Shown here: positions 1-9,882 of the stretch, one piece after another
How positions within the stretch are numbered: position 1 is the first letter of the stretch
How the letters are laid out: every line of letters begins with the position of its first letter
Assembly: GCA_003141835.1 (NCBI GenBank)
Contig: PLNR01000005.1
Coordinates: forward strand, 126,289-190,288
From: Candidatus Omnitrophota bacterium
GTDB taxonomy: Bacteria; Omnitrophota; Gorgyraeia; Pluralincolimonadales; Pluralincolimonadaceae
Reading direction: 5' to 3'
DNA: 64,000 nt
Position numbers and translations under genes: made by a program
The notes under the pieces: generated by a model
What the model saw: the letters and a program-made list of their open reading frames with translations, nothing else
Database searches by the model: none
Told to the model about the DNA's origin: nothing

Positions 1-1555
1 CTTCCTTGTCTTTTATGCCGTTCTCACTAACGGGACACCTTCGGTGGTGAGGGCGACGGTGATGTCCATAGCGCTGCTTCTCGGCCTGCTCCTCGAGAGG
101 GAGACATTGATGTGGAATTCCCTGGGGCTGGCCGCGCTCGCCATACTTTCCGTTGACCCGGCCGCGCTTTTTGATATAGGGTTCCAGCTTTCGTTCGCGT
201 CGGTGGCCTCGCTCCTTTATCTTGGGCCTAAGGTTGAGAAATTTTTCCGTTTTGACCGTAAAATAGCCTCACGATTCCTGTCAAAATGGAAAAAATACGC
301 GCTTGAAGGTTTTTTCGTATCTCTCGCCGCATGGATAGGCGTGACGCCGCTAATCCTGTATTATTTTAACATCGTTACGCCGGTATCGATCCTTGCCAAC
401 CTGGTAGCCGTGCCGCTCTCATTCCTGATAACCATGGCCAGTGTCCCGTTCCTCGCCTTCGGCCTCATCTTTCCGCCCGCCGCGAAAGTATTTGCGGCGT
501 CGGTTTGGCTCCTTTGCGGGATCCTTTTTAACACTAATAGTTTCTTCTCGAAGATACCGTTCGCATATATCTATCTTCCCAAGCCTCCGCTTCTCCTGGT
601 CGCTTTATATTATCTTTTCGTCATCGCGTTCGCCGAACGTGAGAAGTTTAAGCTGTCAGCCGCTAAGCTCTCCGCAGCGGCGCTTGTCGTCTTTAACGTC
701 ATAGTATGGTCCGGCGCTTTATGGCCGGACGACGGAAGGTTGAAAGCCACATTCCTGGACGTGGGCCACGGCGATTCGGTCTTTATCGAATTTCCCTACG
801 GCGGCAACATGCTGATAGACGGGGGCACCGGGACCGGGGAGGATAGCGATTCCGGCAGGAACACGGTATTGCCGTTCCTGCGGCAGAAGGGTATACAGGT
901 GCTCGATGCCGTAGTCCTTACCCATCCCGACATAGACCACGTCGGCGGCCTCGCCTCGGTCATGGACGGGCTGGAGGTAAGGCATGTATTTGGCAACGGG
1001 GCCGAGTCGGATACTTATGCTTACAAGCGTTTCAAGCGGGCAGAGAAGAGGATACCGGAATCAAGGCGTTTTACTTTAGCGCGTTACGATTCGATAGAAG
1101 GGATAAAAGGCGTCAGCATCATGTGTTTTAACCCGCCGTCCGGGTGGGCAAAGGAGGCCGGCACCGAGGCGAACGAGGCTTCGCTTGCCCTGAGGATGGG
1201 ATTCGGGGATTCGGTCATGCTTTTTTGCGGAGATATAGGGGAAAGGGCCATATCCGAAGCCATGCTGGACTCGCCGAAACTCCTGAAAGCGGACTTATTG
1301 ATGCTGCCTCACCACGGCCAAAGGATCAGCCCGGAAAGGGAGGCTTTCATCGACTGGGCCAACCCGTCTTACGTCGTGATATCCCAGGGAGGGGCAGTTG
1401 GAGAAAGAGCACGGTCCGAGGAGGCCGCCGCCCTCCTTTCCGCAAAAGGGATAAAGGTCTTCAGCACCAACAAGGGAGGGGCGGTTTTTGCCGTTACCGA
1501 CGGAAAAGGCCTTTCCGCTGGGAATTTCGAAAGCAAACGCGCAGTTTCACGTTGA
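1..1555 (+). CDS. comEC: ComEC/Rec2 DNA uptake competence protein (5' truncated by window edge)
   Basis: Membrane competence domain (PSVVRA, GFQLSF) followed by metallo-beta-lactamase domain (DVGHGDS, THPDIDH, PHHG); frame runs to the window start. Confidence 0.93.
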   Translation, partial: FLVFYAVLTNGTPSVVRATVMSIALLLGLLLERETLMWNSLGLAALAILSVDPAALFDIGFQLSFASVASLLYLGPKVEKFFRFDRKIASRFLSKWKKYALEGFFVSLAAWIGVTPLILYYFNIVTPVSILANLVAVPLSFLITMASVPFLAFGLIFPPAAKVFAASVWLLCGILFNTNSFFSKIPFAYIYLPKPPLLLVALYYLFVIAFAEREKFKLSAAKLSAAALVVFNVIVWSGALWPDDGRLKATFLDVGHGDSVFIEFPYGGNMLIDGGTGTGEDSDSGRNTVLPFLRQKGIQVLDAVVLTHPDIDHVGGLASVMDGLEVRHVFGNGAESDTYAYKRFKRAEKRIPESRRFTLARYDSIEGIKGVSIMCFNPPSGWAKEAGTEANEASLALRMGFGDSVMLFCGDIGERAISEAMLDSPKLLKADLLMLPHHGQRISPEREAFIDWANPSYVVISQGGAVGERARSEEAAALLSAKGIKVFSTNKGGAVFAVTDGKGLSAGNFESKRAVSR

Positions 1556-1580
1556 CAAATCCCGCTTTGGAGTATAAAAT
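1552..1580 (+). promoter_or_regulatory. sigma70-type promoter for the PilZ-bamD-lptE-holA cluster
   Basis: TTGACA (1552-1557), 17 bp spacer, TAAAAT (1575-1580), upstream of GGGGGA SD and ATG 1602. Confidence 0.7.
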
Positions 1581-1601
1581 TGATTCTACAAAGGGGGAAT
1601 A

Positions 1602-1964
1602 ATGTATTGGAACGATGATTTCCCTGAGAGAAGGCAGCAGCAGAGAGTCAACATGACCATGTCTGTGCAATATAGGGGGATTAGGCAGGCGAATAACTCT
1701 GTTGTAAACGCTATATCGAGGGATATTTCCACCGGCGGCGCCCGCCTTTTGGTTAACGAATTCATCTCGGTCTTTACGCGCCTCGTGCTTGAGATATCCG
1801 TGCCTTCCGCGCCAAAGCCGGTCAGGGCCGTCTCGAAGATCACCTGGGTGCGCAAAAGGCCGTATGGCGAACAATATGAGGTCGGAGCCCAGTTCATGGA
1901 GATGTCGGAAGAGGACAGAAGGGGCGTAACCGACTTCATAGAGAAGTCGGCCCCCGGAACATAG
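1602..1964 (+). CDS. PilZ domain protein (c-di-GMP receptor)
   Basis: ERRQQQR (RxxxR) and DISTGG (DxSxxG) motifs, 120 aa. Confidence 0.88.
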   Translation: MYWNDDFPERRQQQRVNMTMSVQYRGIRQANNSVVNAISRDISTGGARLLVNEFISVFTRLVLEISVPSAPKPVRAVSKITWVRKRPYGEQYEVGAQFMEMSEEDRRGVTDFIEKSAPGT

Positions 1965-2003
1965 GCCCGTCTTGATACCGGAAATTAAAACACGAGATAA
2001 TTC

Positions 2004-2960
2004 ATGAAAAAATATATCGTTGCGGTCGCGTCGGCGTTTTTATTCCTTTTGGCGATGCCGTTGTCGCATGCCTACTGGATATGGACGCCGCAGACCGGGA
2101 CGTGGATAAACCCCAAATGGGCGGTAAAGGACACCCCCCAGCAGCAGTTTGATTGGGCGTTGAAGTTCTTTAAGGCGAAAGATTACAAAAAGTCCGCCGA
2201 GGAGTTCTTAAGGCTCGTCCGTTTTTATCCGCAAGCCGAACTCGCCGCCGAATCGCAGTATTTCGCGGGCAAATCTTACGAGGCGATGGAGGAGTACGAG
2301 CAGGCCTTCTACGCCTACCAGAAGGGGATCGAGACGTATCCGTTCTCGAAGCGCCTGGATGAGATGACCGAGCGCGAGTACGAGATAGCCGGCAAATTCT
2401 ATGCCGGGCAAAAGGTCAAGGTTTTGGGGATACCGACGTTCCCGTCCGTGTGGAAGGCTATCGAGATGTACCAGAAGGTGGTCGAGAACGCGCCGTACGG
2501 CAAGTACGCTGACCAGTCGCTCTTCAAGATAGGGGAATGTTACAAGAAGGCCGGCGATTTCCAGCAGGCGAGGCTCGCGTTCCAGAAACTTGTCGACGAG
2601 CACCCGGAGAGCAAGCTCGCCGAGGAGGCGAATTTCCAGGTCGGGCTCTGCGCTTCCCAGGCGTCGCTGAAACCCAGCTACGACCAGTCGGTGACCGACG
2701 AGGCGCTCAAGGAGATAGAGGATTTCGCCAAACGCCATCCGGAATCGAAGCTTACCGCCGACGCGGACAAGATGCATAAATCGCTGCGCGAGAAGAAAGC
2801 GCAGAGCGATTACACTATCGCGGAATTTTACTGGAAACAAAAATGGTATGACTCGGCGGGGGAATACTATAAGAACATAGTGGCTAATTTCCCGGACACG
2901 GAGACAGCCAAGAAGGCCGAGGAGAGGCTGAAGATAATAGGGAAGATGACGAAAAAATGA
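2004..2960 (+). CDS. bamD: Outer membrane protein assembly factor BamD-like TPR protein
   Basis: Signal peptide, TPR repeats, DQSVTDEA and AEFYWKQ...A..YY segments typical of BamD. Confidence 0.8.
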   Translation: MKKYIVAVASAFLFLLAMPLSHAYWIWTPQTGTWINPKWAVKDTPQQQFDWALKFFKAKDYKKSAEEFLRLVRFYPQAELAAESQYFAGKSYEAMEEYEQAFYAYQKGIETYPFSKRLDEMTEREYEIAGKFYAGQKVKVLGIPTFPSVWKAIEMYQKVVENAPYGKYADQSLFKIGECYKKAGDFQQARLAFQKLVDEHPESKLAEEANFQVGLCASQASLKPSYDQSVTDEALKEIEDFAKRHPESKLTADADKMHKSLREKKAQSDYTIAEFYWKQKWYDSAGEYYKNIVANFPDTETAKKAEERLKIIGKMTKK

Positions 2961-3511
2961 AAAAGCGGATCGCGTTACTTTTGGCTTTATCATTCGCTGC
3001 CTCGCTCGCCGGGTGCGGTTACGCCACTCATTCGACCAATTACAAGAAAGCCACGAAGATCTTCATAAAGCCCTTCGAGAACAAAGTTGACCTGAACATC
3101 GAAAGGGAATATTCGGACCGCAATCCTTACAGGCTGTACCGCGCCGGGATGGAAACGAATATAACTGACGCGGTAATAGACAGGTTCCAGGTCGACGGTT
3201 ACCTGAAGGTCGTCTCAAGGCAGGACGAGGCTGACCTGGTCTTAAGCGGCGCGCTTACCAATTATGACAAACAGCCGTTAAGGTTCGACCAGCGCAGCGA
3301 GAACGTCGATGAGTACAGGGCCAATATAATAGTCGATATGTCCCTCGAGGACGTGGTCCGGGGAAAAACGGTCTGGACCGAAAAAGGGTTTGTCGGTTTC
3401 TTTGAATACAACCAGAGCGGGCCGAACTCAGTACCGGAAGATGCCGCTATAACCAATGCGACCGCGGACCTGGCAAAAAGGATCGTCGAAAGGACCATAG
3501 AGGATTGGTAG
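2957..3511 (+). CDS. lptE: LPS assembly lipoprotein LptE family
   Basis: Lipobox LAGCGY, PFEN motif, C-terminal LAKRIVE...W; bamD-lptE-holA synteny. Confidence 0.8.
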   Translation: MKKRIALLLALSFAASLAGCGYATHSTNYKKATKIFIKPFENKVDLNIEREYSDRNPYRLYRAGMETNITDAVIDRFQVDGYLKVVSRQDEADLVLSGALTNYDKQPLRFDQRSENVDEYRANIIVDMSLEDVVRGKTVWTEKGFVGFFEYNQSGPNSVPEDAAITNATADLAKRIVERTIEDW

Positions 3512-4392
3512 GTATCTTCCTCTTTTTAGGAACAGAGAACGCCCTTAAAGAAGAGACCCTCCGCGAACTGAAAGATAAGACCCTCTCCGGAGGCAATCCC
3601 GACCTCAATTACAACATATTCTACCCGGACCAGTTTGACCCCCACACTTTCCAGGATGCCGTCAACACAAACCCGTTCCTCAGCCCTGCCCGTTTTGTCG
3701 TGATAAGGGATATAGATAAACTGCCGCAGGAGGCCAGGGACCCGGTGATGAATTACGCCAGGAACCCGTCCGGCACCACCGTACTGGTCATGACTGCCGG
3801 CCTGTCGCCGAGGGAGGCGGACGGCGACCCTTTCCTTTCCGGATTATCAAAATTAGCCGAGGTCAGGGATTTCGAGAATTTAAGCGGGGAAAGTCTCAGG
3901 CGTTATATCCTGGGGAAGGCCGCCTTTTACAAGAAAGAAATGGGCCGCGACGCCGTTGAATTGATCATCTCGAAGATCGGCAACGACCTGCAGAAATTAC
4001 GCATGGCGGTGGAGAAACTCGCGAATTATACCGGGGACCGCAAGGGGATAGAGAAGAAGGATGTCGAGGTGCTCGTAGGAAGGTCGCTCGACGAGACCGT
4101 ATTTGACATGACCGGGGCGATGATGGACGGGCAGGCCTCGCGCTCCCTTTCGATATTATCCGGGCTTTTGAGGGAATCAGTGCGGCCGGAGAACGTAATA
4201 GGGGCGATGGCCGCCGCGGTGAAACGCGCCGCCAGATCGAAAGGCTCCCCTGACCGGGCCAAAAGATGGCTTAAGAAGGCCCTTTCTTACCTGGCCGAGG
4301 CGGACCGCGACTGCAAAAACAGGGACCTCGATAAAAGGGTTATCCTGGAATCTCTCGTGGTGAGGTTATCTGAGCTTGGCGAGCTTGCTTAA
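3505..4392 (+). CDS. holA: DNA polymerase III delta subunit (short C-terminal domain)
   Basis: PFLSPARFVVIR, GNDLQKLRMAVEKL, VFDM motifs; adjacent to rpsT. Confidence 0.85.
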   Translation: MVGIFLFLGTENALKEETLRELKDKTLSGGNPDLNYNIFYPDQFDPHTFQDAVNTNPFLSPARFVVIRDIDKLPQEARDPVMNYARNPSGTTVLVMTAGLSPREADGDPFLSGLSKLAEVRDFENLSGESLRRYILGKAAFYKKEMGRDAVELIISKIGNDLQKLRMAVEKLANYTGDRKGIEKKDVEVLVGRSLDETVFDMTGAMMDGQASRSLSILSGLLRESVRPENVIGAMAAAVKRAARSKGSPDRAKRWLKKALSYLAEADRDCKNRDLDKRVILESLVVRLSELGELA

Positions 4393-4629
4393 GATGCGGG
4401 CTCTCTTGCGCGATACCGTATTCCTGTGCAGCATGCCCTTGGAGCGCGCCTTGTCAAGTTTGGAGACGAGGGAAGCGCCGAATTTCCTGGCTTCGTCGGC
4501 CTTTTTCGCGGTCAGAGCCATCACGAACTTCTTGGCTAAGGACTTGATCTCGGTAGCGACCTTCTGGTTCCTCGCGCGTCTCTTCTTGTCCTGGCGTATA
4601 GCTTTAGATGCGGATCTTATATTAGGCAA
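4366..4629 (-). CDS. rpsT: 30S ribosomal protein S20
   Basis: PNIRSASKAIRQ...LDKARSKGMLHRNTVSRKRARI; TTG start at 4629 after AAGGAG SD; 3' end overlaps holA convergently by 27 bp. Confidence 0.93.
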   Translation of the reverse strand: MPNIRSASKAIRQDKKRRARNQKVATEIKSLAKKFVMALTAKKADEARKFGASLVSKLDKARSKGMLHRNTVSRKRARILSKLAKLR

Positions 4630-4661
4630 TCCTGTTTCTCCTTTCGAATTACGATTGTGTA

Positions 4662-4690
4662 AAAATACCATATAAGGCGGAAAATGTCAA
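4662..4690 (-). promoter_or_regulatory. sigma70-type promoter for rpsT overlapping the murJ start codon
   Basis: Minus strand TTGACA, 17 bp spacer ending TGG, then TATTTT. Confidence 0.55.
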
Positions 4691-6234
4691 CACATAAATC
4701 TCTGGCGAAATCGGCGGGAGTGATAGGCCTGGGCATATCCGCGAGCCGCATTTTGGGTTTTATAAGAGAGATAATAGTTGCCCACATGTTCGGGACCAAC
4801 TCTATAGCTATCCAGGCGTTTACCGTAGCCTTCAGGATACCGAACCTGCTGCGCGACCTGGTCGGCGAAGGCGCCGCTAACGCGGCGTTTGTGCCGGTCC
4901 TGACCGGTTATATTGCGACGAAGTCGAAAGAAGAGTTCTGGAAACTGGCGCGGGTGCTCCTCAATACCATGACGGTCGTCCTGGCGGCTTTGACCGTGAT
5001 TGGGGTAATGTTCGCGCCGGCCATAGTGGCGGTCATATCTCCGGGTTTCATCAAAAATGCCGAGTTATTCCAGATGACCGTTACCCTTACCCGGATGATG
5101 TTCCCGTATATATTCCTGATCGGCCTCACCGCCTATGCCACCGGCGTGCTTAATTCGATGAAGCTTTTCGGCGCGGCCTCGTTCAGCCAGCCGATTTATA
5201 ACCTCGTATTCATATTGGCAGCCGTATTTTTATGCCCGGTAATGAAAGTCCCCGTCATGGGGCTTGTTATCGGCGTCCTGGCGGGTGGTATCTTGCAATT
5301 GCTCGTTCAGATACCACAGCTGATGGGGCGGGGGCTGGGTTTGCCGCGTTTTAACAGATTCAGGCATCCGGCCTCTACCGAGATAGGGAAACTGATGCTG
5401 CCGAGAGCGCTAGCTTCGAGCGTCTACCAGCTGAACGTGATGTTCGATACTGCGGTAGCGTCGCTGTCAGGTATTGTAGGTGACGGCGCGATCATGGCCA
5501 TATATTATTCGAATAGGCTGTGGCAGCTGCCTCTGGCGATATTCAGCACCGCGATCTCACAGGCCATGCTGCCGACTTTATCCGAACATGCCGCGCAGAA
5601 GGATATGGAGAAGTTCAAGGATACGCTTTCATTCTCGCTCCGTTCGGTATTTTTCATAACGATACCCGCGGCGGTAGGCCTTATAGTCCTCTCGGAGCCG
5701 ATAGTGCGTGTGGTATTTCAGGGAGGGGCTTTCGACGAATATTCCACAAAGATAACCTCGTCCGCGCTCCTGTATTTTTCGATAGGGCTTTGTTCATATG
5801 CGGGCGTCAAAGTCCTAGCCGCGGCGTTCTATTCGCTCAAGGACACGAGAACGCCCCTCAAGAACTTTTTTATGGCATTTTTACTGAATGCGGCGCTGAA
5901 CCTTATTCTGATGTTCCCCATGAAGGTCGGAGGGCTTGCCCTTGCCACGTCTATCGCGAGCATGTTCAATTTCTTCTCGCTCTTTTACCTTTTAAGGAAA
6001 AAAATTGGCCCGCTCGGCGGCCGCGCGATAGTCGTTTCATTTACACGCGCCATGATACCAGGCATTATAATGGCGGTGGTCCTCATTTGGCTTAATGCCG
6101 CTTTGCACTTCAGGCCTATCCTCCAGGTGATAGTCGTCATCCTCGCCGGCATGGCCTCGTTCTTTACCGCCTGCCTGATATTTGACGTAAAAGAATTCAA
6201 AGGATTCATGAAATGGATATTAAGGAGAAGCTGA
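4684..6234 (+). CDS. murJ: Lipid II flippase MurJ
   Basis: SRILGFIRE, AFRIPNLLRDLVGEGA, QLPLAIF, DTRTP motifs. Confidence 0.95.
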   Translation: MSTHKSLAKSAGVIGLGISASRILGFIREIIVAHMFGTNSIAIQAFTVAFRIPNLLRDLVGEGAANAAFVPVLTGYIATKSKEEFWKLARVLLNTMTVVLAALTVIGVMFAPAIVAVISPGFIKNAELFQMTVTLTRMMFPYIFLIGLTAYATGVLNSMKLFGAASFSQPIYNLVFILAAVFLCPVMKVPVMGLVIGVLAGGILQLLVQIPQLMGRGLGLPRFNRFRHPASTEIGKLMLPRALASSVYQLNVMFDTAVASLSGIVGDGAIMAIYYSNRLWQLPLAIFSTAISQAMLPTLSEHAAQKDMEKFKDTLSFSLRSVFFITIPAAVGLIVLSEPIVRVVFQGGAFDEYSTKITSSALLYFSIGLCSYAGVKVLAAAFYSLKDTRTPLKNFFMAFLLNAALNLILMFPMKVGGLALATSIASMFNFFSLFYLLRKKIGPLGGRAIVVSFTRAMIPGIIMAVVLIWLNAALHFRPILQVIVVILAGMASFFTACLIFDVKEFKGFMKWILRRS

Positions 6235-7487
6235 GGGATATACCTGACCAGCCCGGCGTATACATCTTCAAGGACGCGGACGGGAAGGTGCTCTATGTCG
6301 GCAAGGCCTCATCGCTGCGCAGCAGGGTCCGCTCGTATTTCCAGAGGTCTAAAGACCACGGCCCGAGGATAGGCGCCCTCGTTAATAATGTCCGTGATAT
6401 TGGCTGGATCCCGACGGCGACGGAGGCCGAGGCGCTCCTCTACGAATCGAACCTCATCAAAGAACACCTGCCCAAATATAACGTAAGCCTGCGTGACAGC
6501 AAGACATACCCGCTTATCAAGATAACTATGTCCGAAGAATTCCCCCGGGTCATGGTCGCGCGCGGCAGGAAGAGCGACGGCTCGCTCTATTTCGGGCCGT
6601 ACACCGACGCGGCGCTTTTGCGCGCGGCGGTAAAAGCGGTCCGGCAGATATTTATGTTCCGCACCTGCGCGTCCCTGCCCAAGAAGGCGTGCGTATATGA
6701 CGACCTTGGGCTTTGCTCGGCGCCATGCGAGGGCAAAGTCTCGAAAGAAGAATACGGCGAGAGGATCAAAGAGGTCATCCTCTTTATCGAGGGGAAGAAG
6801 GCGGAACTGATCAAAAGACTGGCGGAGAAGATGAAGAAACTCTCCGGCGAAGAAAAATTCGAGGAAGCGGCCGAAGCCCGCAACCAGATAGAGGCGCTCA
6901 GCACGGCAGTGCATAAGAGGTCGGGCATAGGGCCGGCCGGGCCGGGCGAATTGGCAGTGGTCTTGGGCTTGAGGAGAACGCCGGCGCTCATCGAGGCGTT
7001 CGACATATCCAATATCAAGGGAGAGGAGGCCTGCGGCTCGATGGTCACGTTCAAGGACGGCAGGCCCGACAAATCGAAATACAGGATGTTCAAGATACGC
7101 GAGGTCGAAGGCCAGGACGATTACGCAATGATGCGCGAGGTAGTAAGGCGCCGGTATACAGGATCATTGAAAGACAAGCTACCCAAGCCCGACCTGATAG
7201 TGATCGACGGGGGAAGGGGGCATCTCTCGGCAGCGGCGCATGAGATAAGGGCCGCCGGCCTCAAGGACGCCGCAATTATCGGTATTGCAAAAGTCTTCGA
7301 GCACATATATACTTTACATAAGGATCTGCCGGTCGCGCTTCCGCCGTCATCGAAGGCGCTGCAATTGATACAGCGGATACGCGACGAGTCGCACAGGTTC
7401 GCTATAAGATACCACCACATATTAAGACGAAAGGCGCTGGTCGGTGAAAAAAGAGCGAAAAAGATCCAGAAGCAAACGCCCCATTAG
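6213..7487 (+). CDS. uvrC: Excinuclease ABC subunit C (compact, no C-terminal HhH)
   Basis: GIY-YIG (PGVYIF...YVGKA), UVR coiled coil, FDISN, DDYAMMREV, DGGRGH, RDESHRFA. Confidence 0.9.
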   Translation: MDIKEKLRDIPDQPGVYIFKDADGKVLYVGKASSLRSRVRSYFQRSKDHGPRIGALVNNVRDIGWIPTATEAEALLYESNLIKEHLPKYNVSLRDSKTYPLIKITMSEEFPRVMVARGRKSDGSLYFGPYTDAALLRAAVKAVRQIFMFRTCASLPKKACVYDDLGLCSAPCEGKVSKEEYGERIKEVILFIEGKKAELIKRLAEKMKKLSGEEKFEEAAEARNQIEALSTAVHKRSGIGPAGPGELAVVLGLRRTPALIEAFDISNIKGEEACGSMVTFKDGRPDKSKYRMFKIREVEGQDDYAMMREVVRRRYTGSLKDKLPKPDLIVIDGGRGHLSAAAHEIRAAGLKDAAIIGIAKVFEHIYTLHKDLPVALPPSSKALQLIQRIRDESHRFAIRYHHILRRKALVGEKRAKKIQKQTPH

Positions 7488-7830
7488 AAAACGATTTTCT
7501 AACGGGACACGGAGAAATCAGCTGTTTGACGGATGCACAGAATTTGAGATCTGCGTCTATAAGTGCATCATGAAGATCCCGGCCGGCGAGACGCGCACCT
7601 ACGCGTGGGTCGCGGAAAAGATCGGTAAGCCCAAAGCCACCCGAGCTGTTGCCCAAGCCCTCCATCGCAACCCCTGGCCATTGATCATTCCCTGCCACCG
7701 TGTCGTTGCATCAAACGGCTCCATCGGCGGATACGCCTACGGCGTCGAGCTTAAGCGGCTTTTCCTGGAAATGGAAAAGAAGGGCGCAACTTTCTACGTC
7801 GGCTCCGACCTGCTGCCTAAACCTAAATGA
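7444..7830 (+). CDS. MGMT-family O6-methylguanine-DNA methyltransferase (C-terminal domain only)
   Basis: IPAGETRTY, RAVAQAL, NP, IPCHRVV active-site motif. Confidence 0.85.
   Translation: MKKERKRSRSKRPIRKRFSNGTRRNQLFDGCTEFEICVYKCIMKIPAGETRTYAWVAEKIGKPKATRAVAQALHRNPWPLIIPCHRVVASNGSIGGYAYGVELKRLFLEMEKKGATFYVGSDLLPKPK
7480..7506. repeat. Palindromic micro-element CCCATTAGAAAA-CGA-TTTTCTAACGGG
   Basis: 12-bp arms with one mismatch; contains the uvrC stop codon and lies in frame in the MGMT N-terminus. Confidence 0.75.
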
Positions 7831-8654
7831 CCATCGATATAAAGACAATAAAACACCTGCTGGTAGGAGAATTTACTTTAAAGAGACTCCTCATCTCGAT
7901 CATTGAAATATATCTCTTAGTGCTTGTGTACGCTTTCTTCTTTTCCGACAACCTGACCTTCTATCCCCACCCCTCGTCTTATAATGACGGACCCGGAATT
8001 ATTAAACTGAAAGTTACGGATAGTATACGGATCTCCGCGGCCTATCTGCCTGCCAAAGACGCCAGGTTTGTTATCCTATACAGCCACGGTAACGCCGAGG
8101 ACATCGGAGACCTTATGCTGCTGATGGAATTATTCAGGGACCACGGTTTTTCGACCTTAACCTACGACTATGAAGGTTACGGGACGAGCGCGGGCAAGCC
8201 CTCAGAAAAGGGCGTTTACAGGGATGCCGAAGCGGCTTACCGCTACTTAGTCAACGATCTAAAGATCGACCCAAGCCGAATAATAATCCAGGGGCGTTCT
8301 ATCGGGAGCGGCGCGGCCGTCGAACTTGCCTCAAAGGAGAAAGCGGCCGGGTTGATCATTGAAAGCGGGTGCGTCTCGGCGTTCAGGGTGAGGACGGTTA
8401 TCCCTCTTGCGCTGTTCGACAGGTTTAATAATATAGCGAAGATCGGGAATATCCATTATCCCGTCTTAGTTATGCACGGCAGGAAAGATACGATAATGCC
8501 TTTCTGGCACGGTCAGGCTTTATTCAAAAAGGCAAATCAACCGAAGATGTGTTTATGGGTGGACAGCGCCGGCCATAACGACTTCTTCTGGGTAGCCGGT
8601 GATAATTACTGGAAAGCGATCAAGGATTTTGCCGCGCTGATAGAAAATAATTAA
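7827..8654 (+). CDS. Alpha/beta hydrolase (ABHD17/BEM46-like)
   Basis: SHGNAED, YDYEGYGTS, GRSIG nucleophile, HGRKD, AGHND. Confidence 0.88.
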   Translation: MTIDIKTIKHLLVGEFTLKRLLISIIEIYLLVLVYAFFFSDNLTFYPHPSSYNDGPGIIKLKVTDSIRISAAYLPAKDARFVILYSHGNAEDIGDLMLLMELFRDHGFSTLTYDYEGYGTSAGKPSEKGVYRDAEAAYRYLVNDLKIDPSRIIIQGRSIGSGAAVELASKEKAAGLIIESGCVSAFRVRTVIPLALFDRFNNIAKIGNIHYPVLVMHGRKDTIMPFWHGQALFKKANQPKMCLWVDSAGHNDFFWVAGDNYWKAIKDFAALIENN

Positions 8655-8678
8655 GCCGGAATTCCCGCCTATTTGCCC

Positions 8679-8707
8679 TTGTTTTATCCCCCCTAAACTG
8701 GTATAAT
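8679..8707 (+). promoter_or_regulatory. sigma70-type promoter for prfB-secA
   Basis: TTGTTT, 17 bp spacer ending TGG, TATAAT (8702-8707); GGAGGAG SD before ATG 8741. Confidence 0.65.
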
Positions 8708-8740
8708 TTTAATCCTGTAAATGCCTTACGGAGGAGAACT

Positions 8741-9842
8741 ATGCTTGAGGAGCTTAAGAAGAAGATAAAGCAGGCGCAAGAGACGTTAGCCAACCTGCGG
8801 AGGTATCTTTGACCTCGATAACGCGGGAAAGAATATAGCGGAATTTGAAGGGAAGATGGCCGCCCCGGGCTTCTGGGATGACCAGCAGAAGGCCAACAAG
8901 ATAATCGCCGAAATGAAGTCGCTCAAGGCCCGCCTGGATCCGTGGCAGGCGTGCGGCAAAGAGCTCGAGGAGCTTTCAGGGCTCGCCGAGATAACAGAAC
9001 CCTCCGACGAGGCCTCGATATCCCAGCTTTCAAAAGACCTGGATTCATTAGCGAATAAGATAAGCCGCATCGAATTTACCGCGCTATTTTCCGGAGAGCA
9101 CGACAAGTCCGGCGCCATACTTTCCATAAACGCAGGCGCAGGCGGCACCGAGTCGTGCGATTGGGCAGCGATGCTTTTCAGGATGTATGTCCGCTACGCC
9201 CAGAACAAGGGCTATAAAGTGGAAGTCCTCGACTACCTGGCCGGCGAAGAAGCCGGCGTCAAGAACGTGACCATCCTGATAAAAGGCGACTACGCCTTCG
9301 GTTACCTGAAGTCCGAGCGCGGCGTCCACCGTCTTGTAAGGATATCACCATTCGATTCGAATAAGAGGCGCCACACTTCATTCGCCTCGGTCGACGTCAT
9401 CCCCGAGGTCGAGGAGGACGCGGATATCCAGATCGACGAGAAGGAGATCCGCATCGACGTGTACCGGGCATCCGGGCCCGGCGGGCAGGGAGTCAACACG
9501 ACCGACTCGGCGGTCAGGATAACGCATATACCGACTGGCCTGGTCGTACAATGCCAGAACGAGCGCTCGCAGCTGAAGAACAAGCACTCGGCGATGAAAG
9601 TCCTTAAGGCGCGGATCTTTGAGAAGAGGCAGCAGGAACAGGAAGAGAAATTAAAGACGATGTATTCGGAGAAACAGAAGATAGAATGGGGCAGCCAGAT
9701 ACGTTCTTACGTGCTGCACCCGTACATGATGGTAAAGGACCACAGGACTGAGTACGAGACCGGAAAAGCGAACCAGGTTCTCGACGGCGAACTTGACGAA
9801 TTGATAGAGGCGTACGTTAAATTTTCGGCAGTAAAAAAATAA
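8741..9842 (+). CDS. prfB: Peptide chain release factor 2 with programmed +1 frameshift
   Basis: ATG 8741, in-frame CTT TGA C at 8807-8813 preceded by GGAGG; +1 frame carries SPF and GGQ motifs. Confidence 0.96.
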
Positions 9843-9882
9843 TGGAGTGTCCCCCAATGGGACGTCCCCTAGGAGTTTTTAA

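Noticed and set aside
22-40. CTAACGGGAC resembling the palindromic micro-element arm
   Set aside because: No left arm; it encodes the normal ComEC LTNGTPS motif
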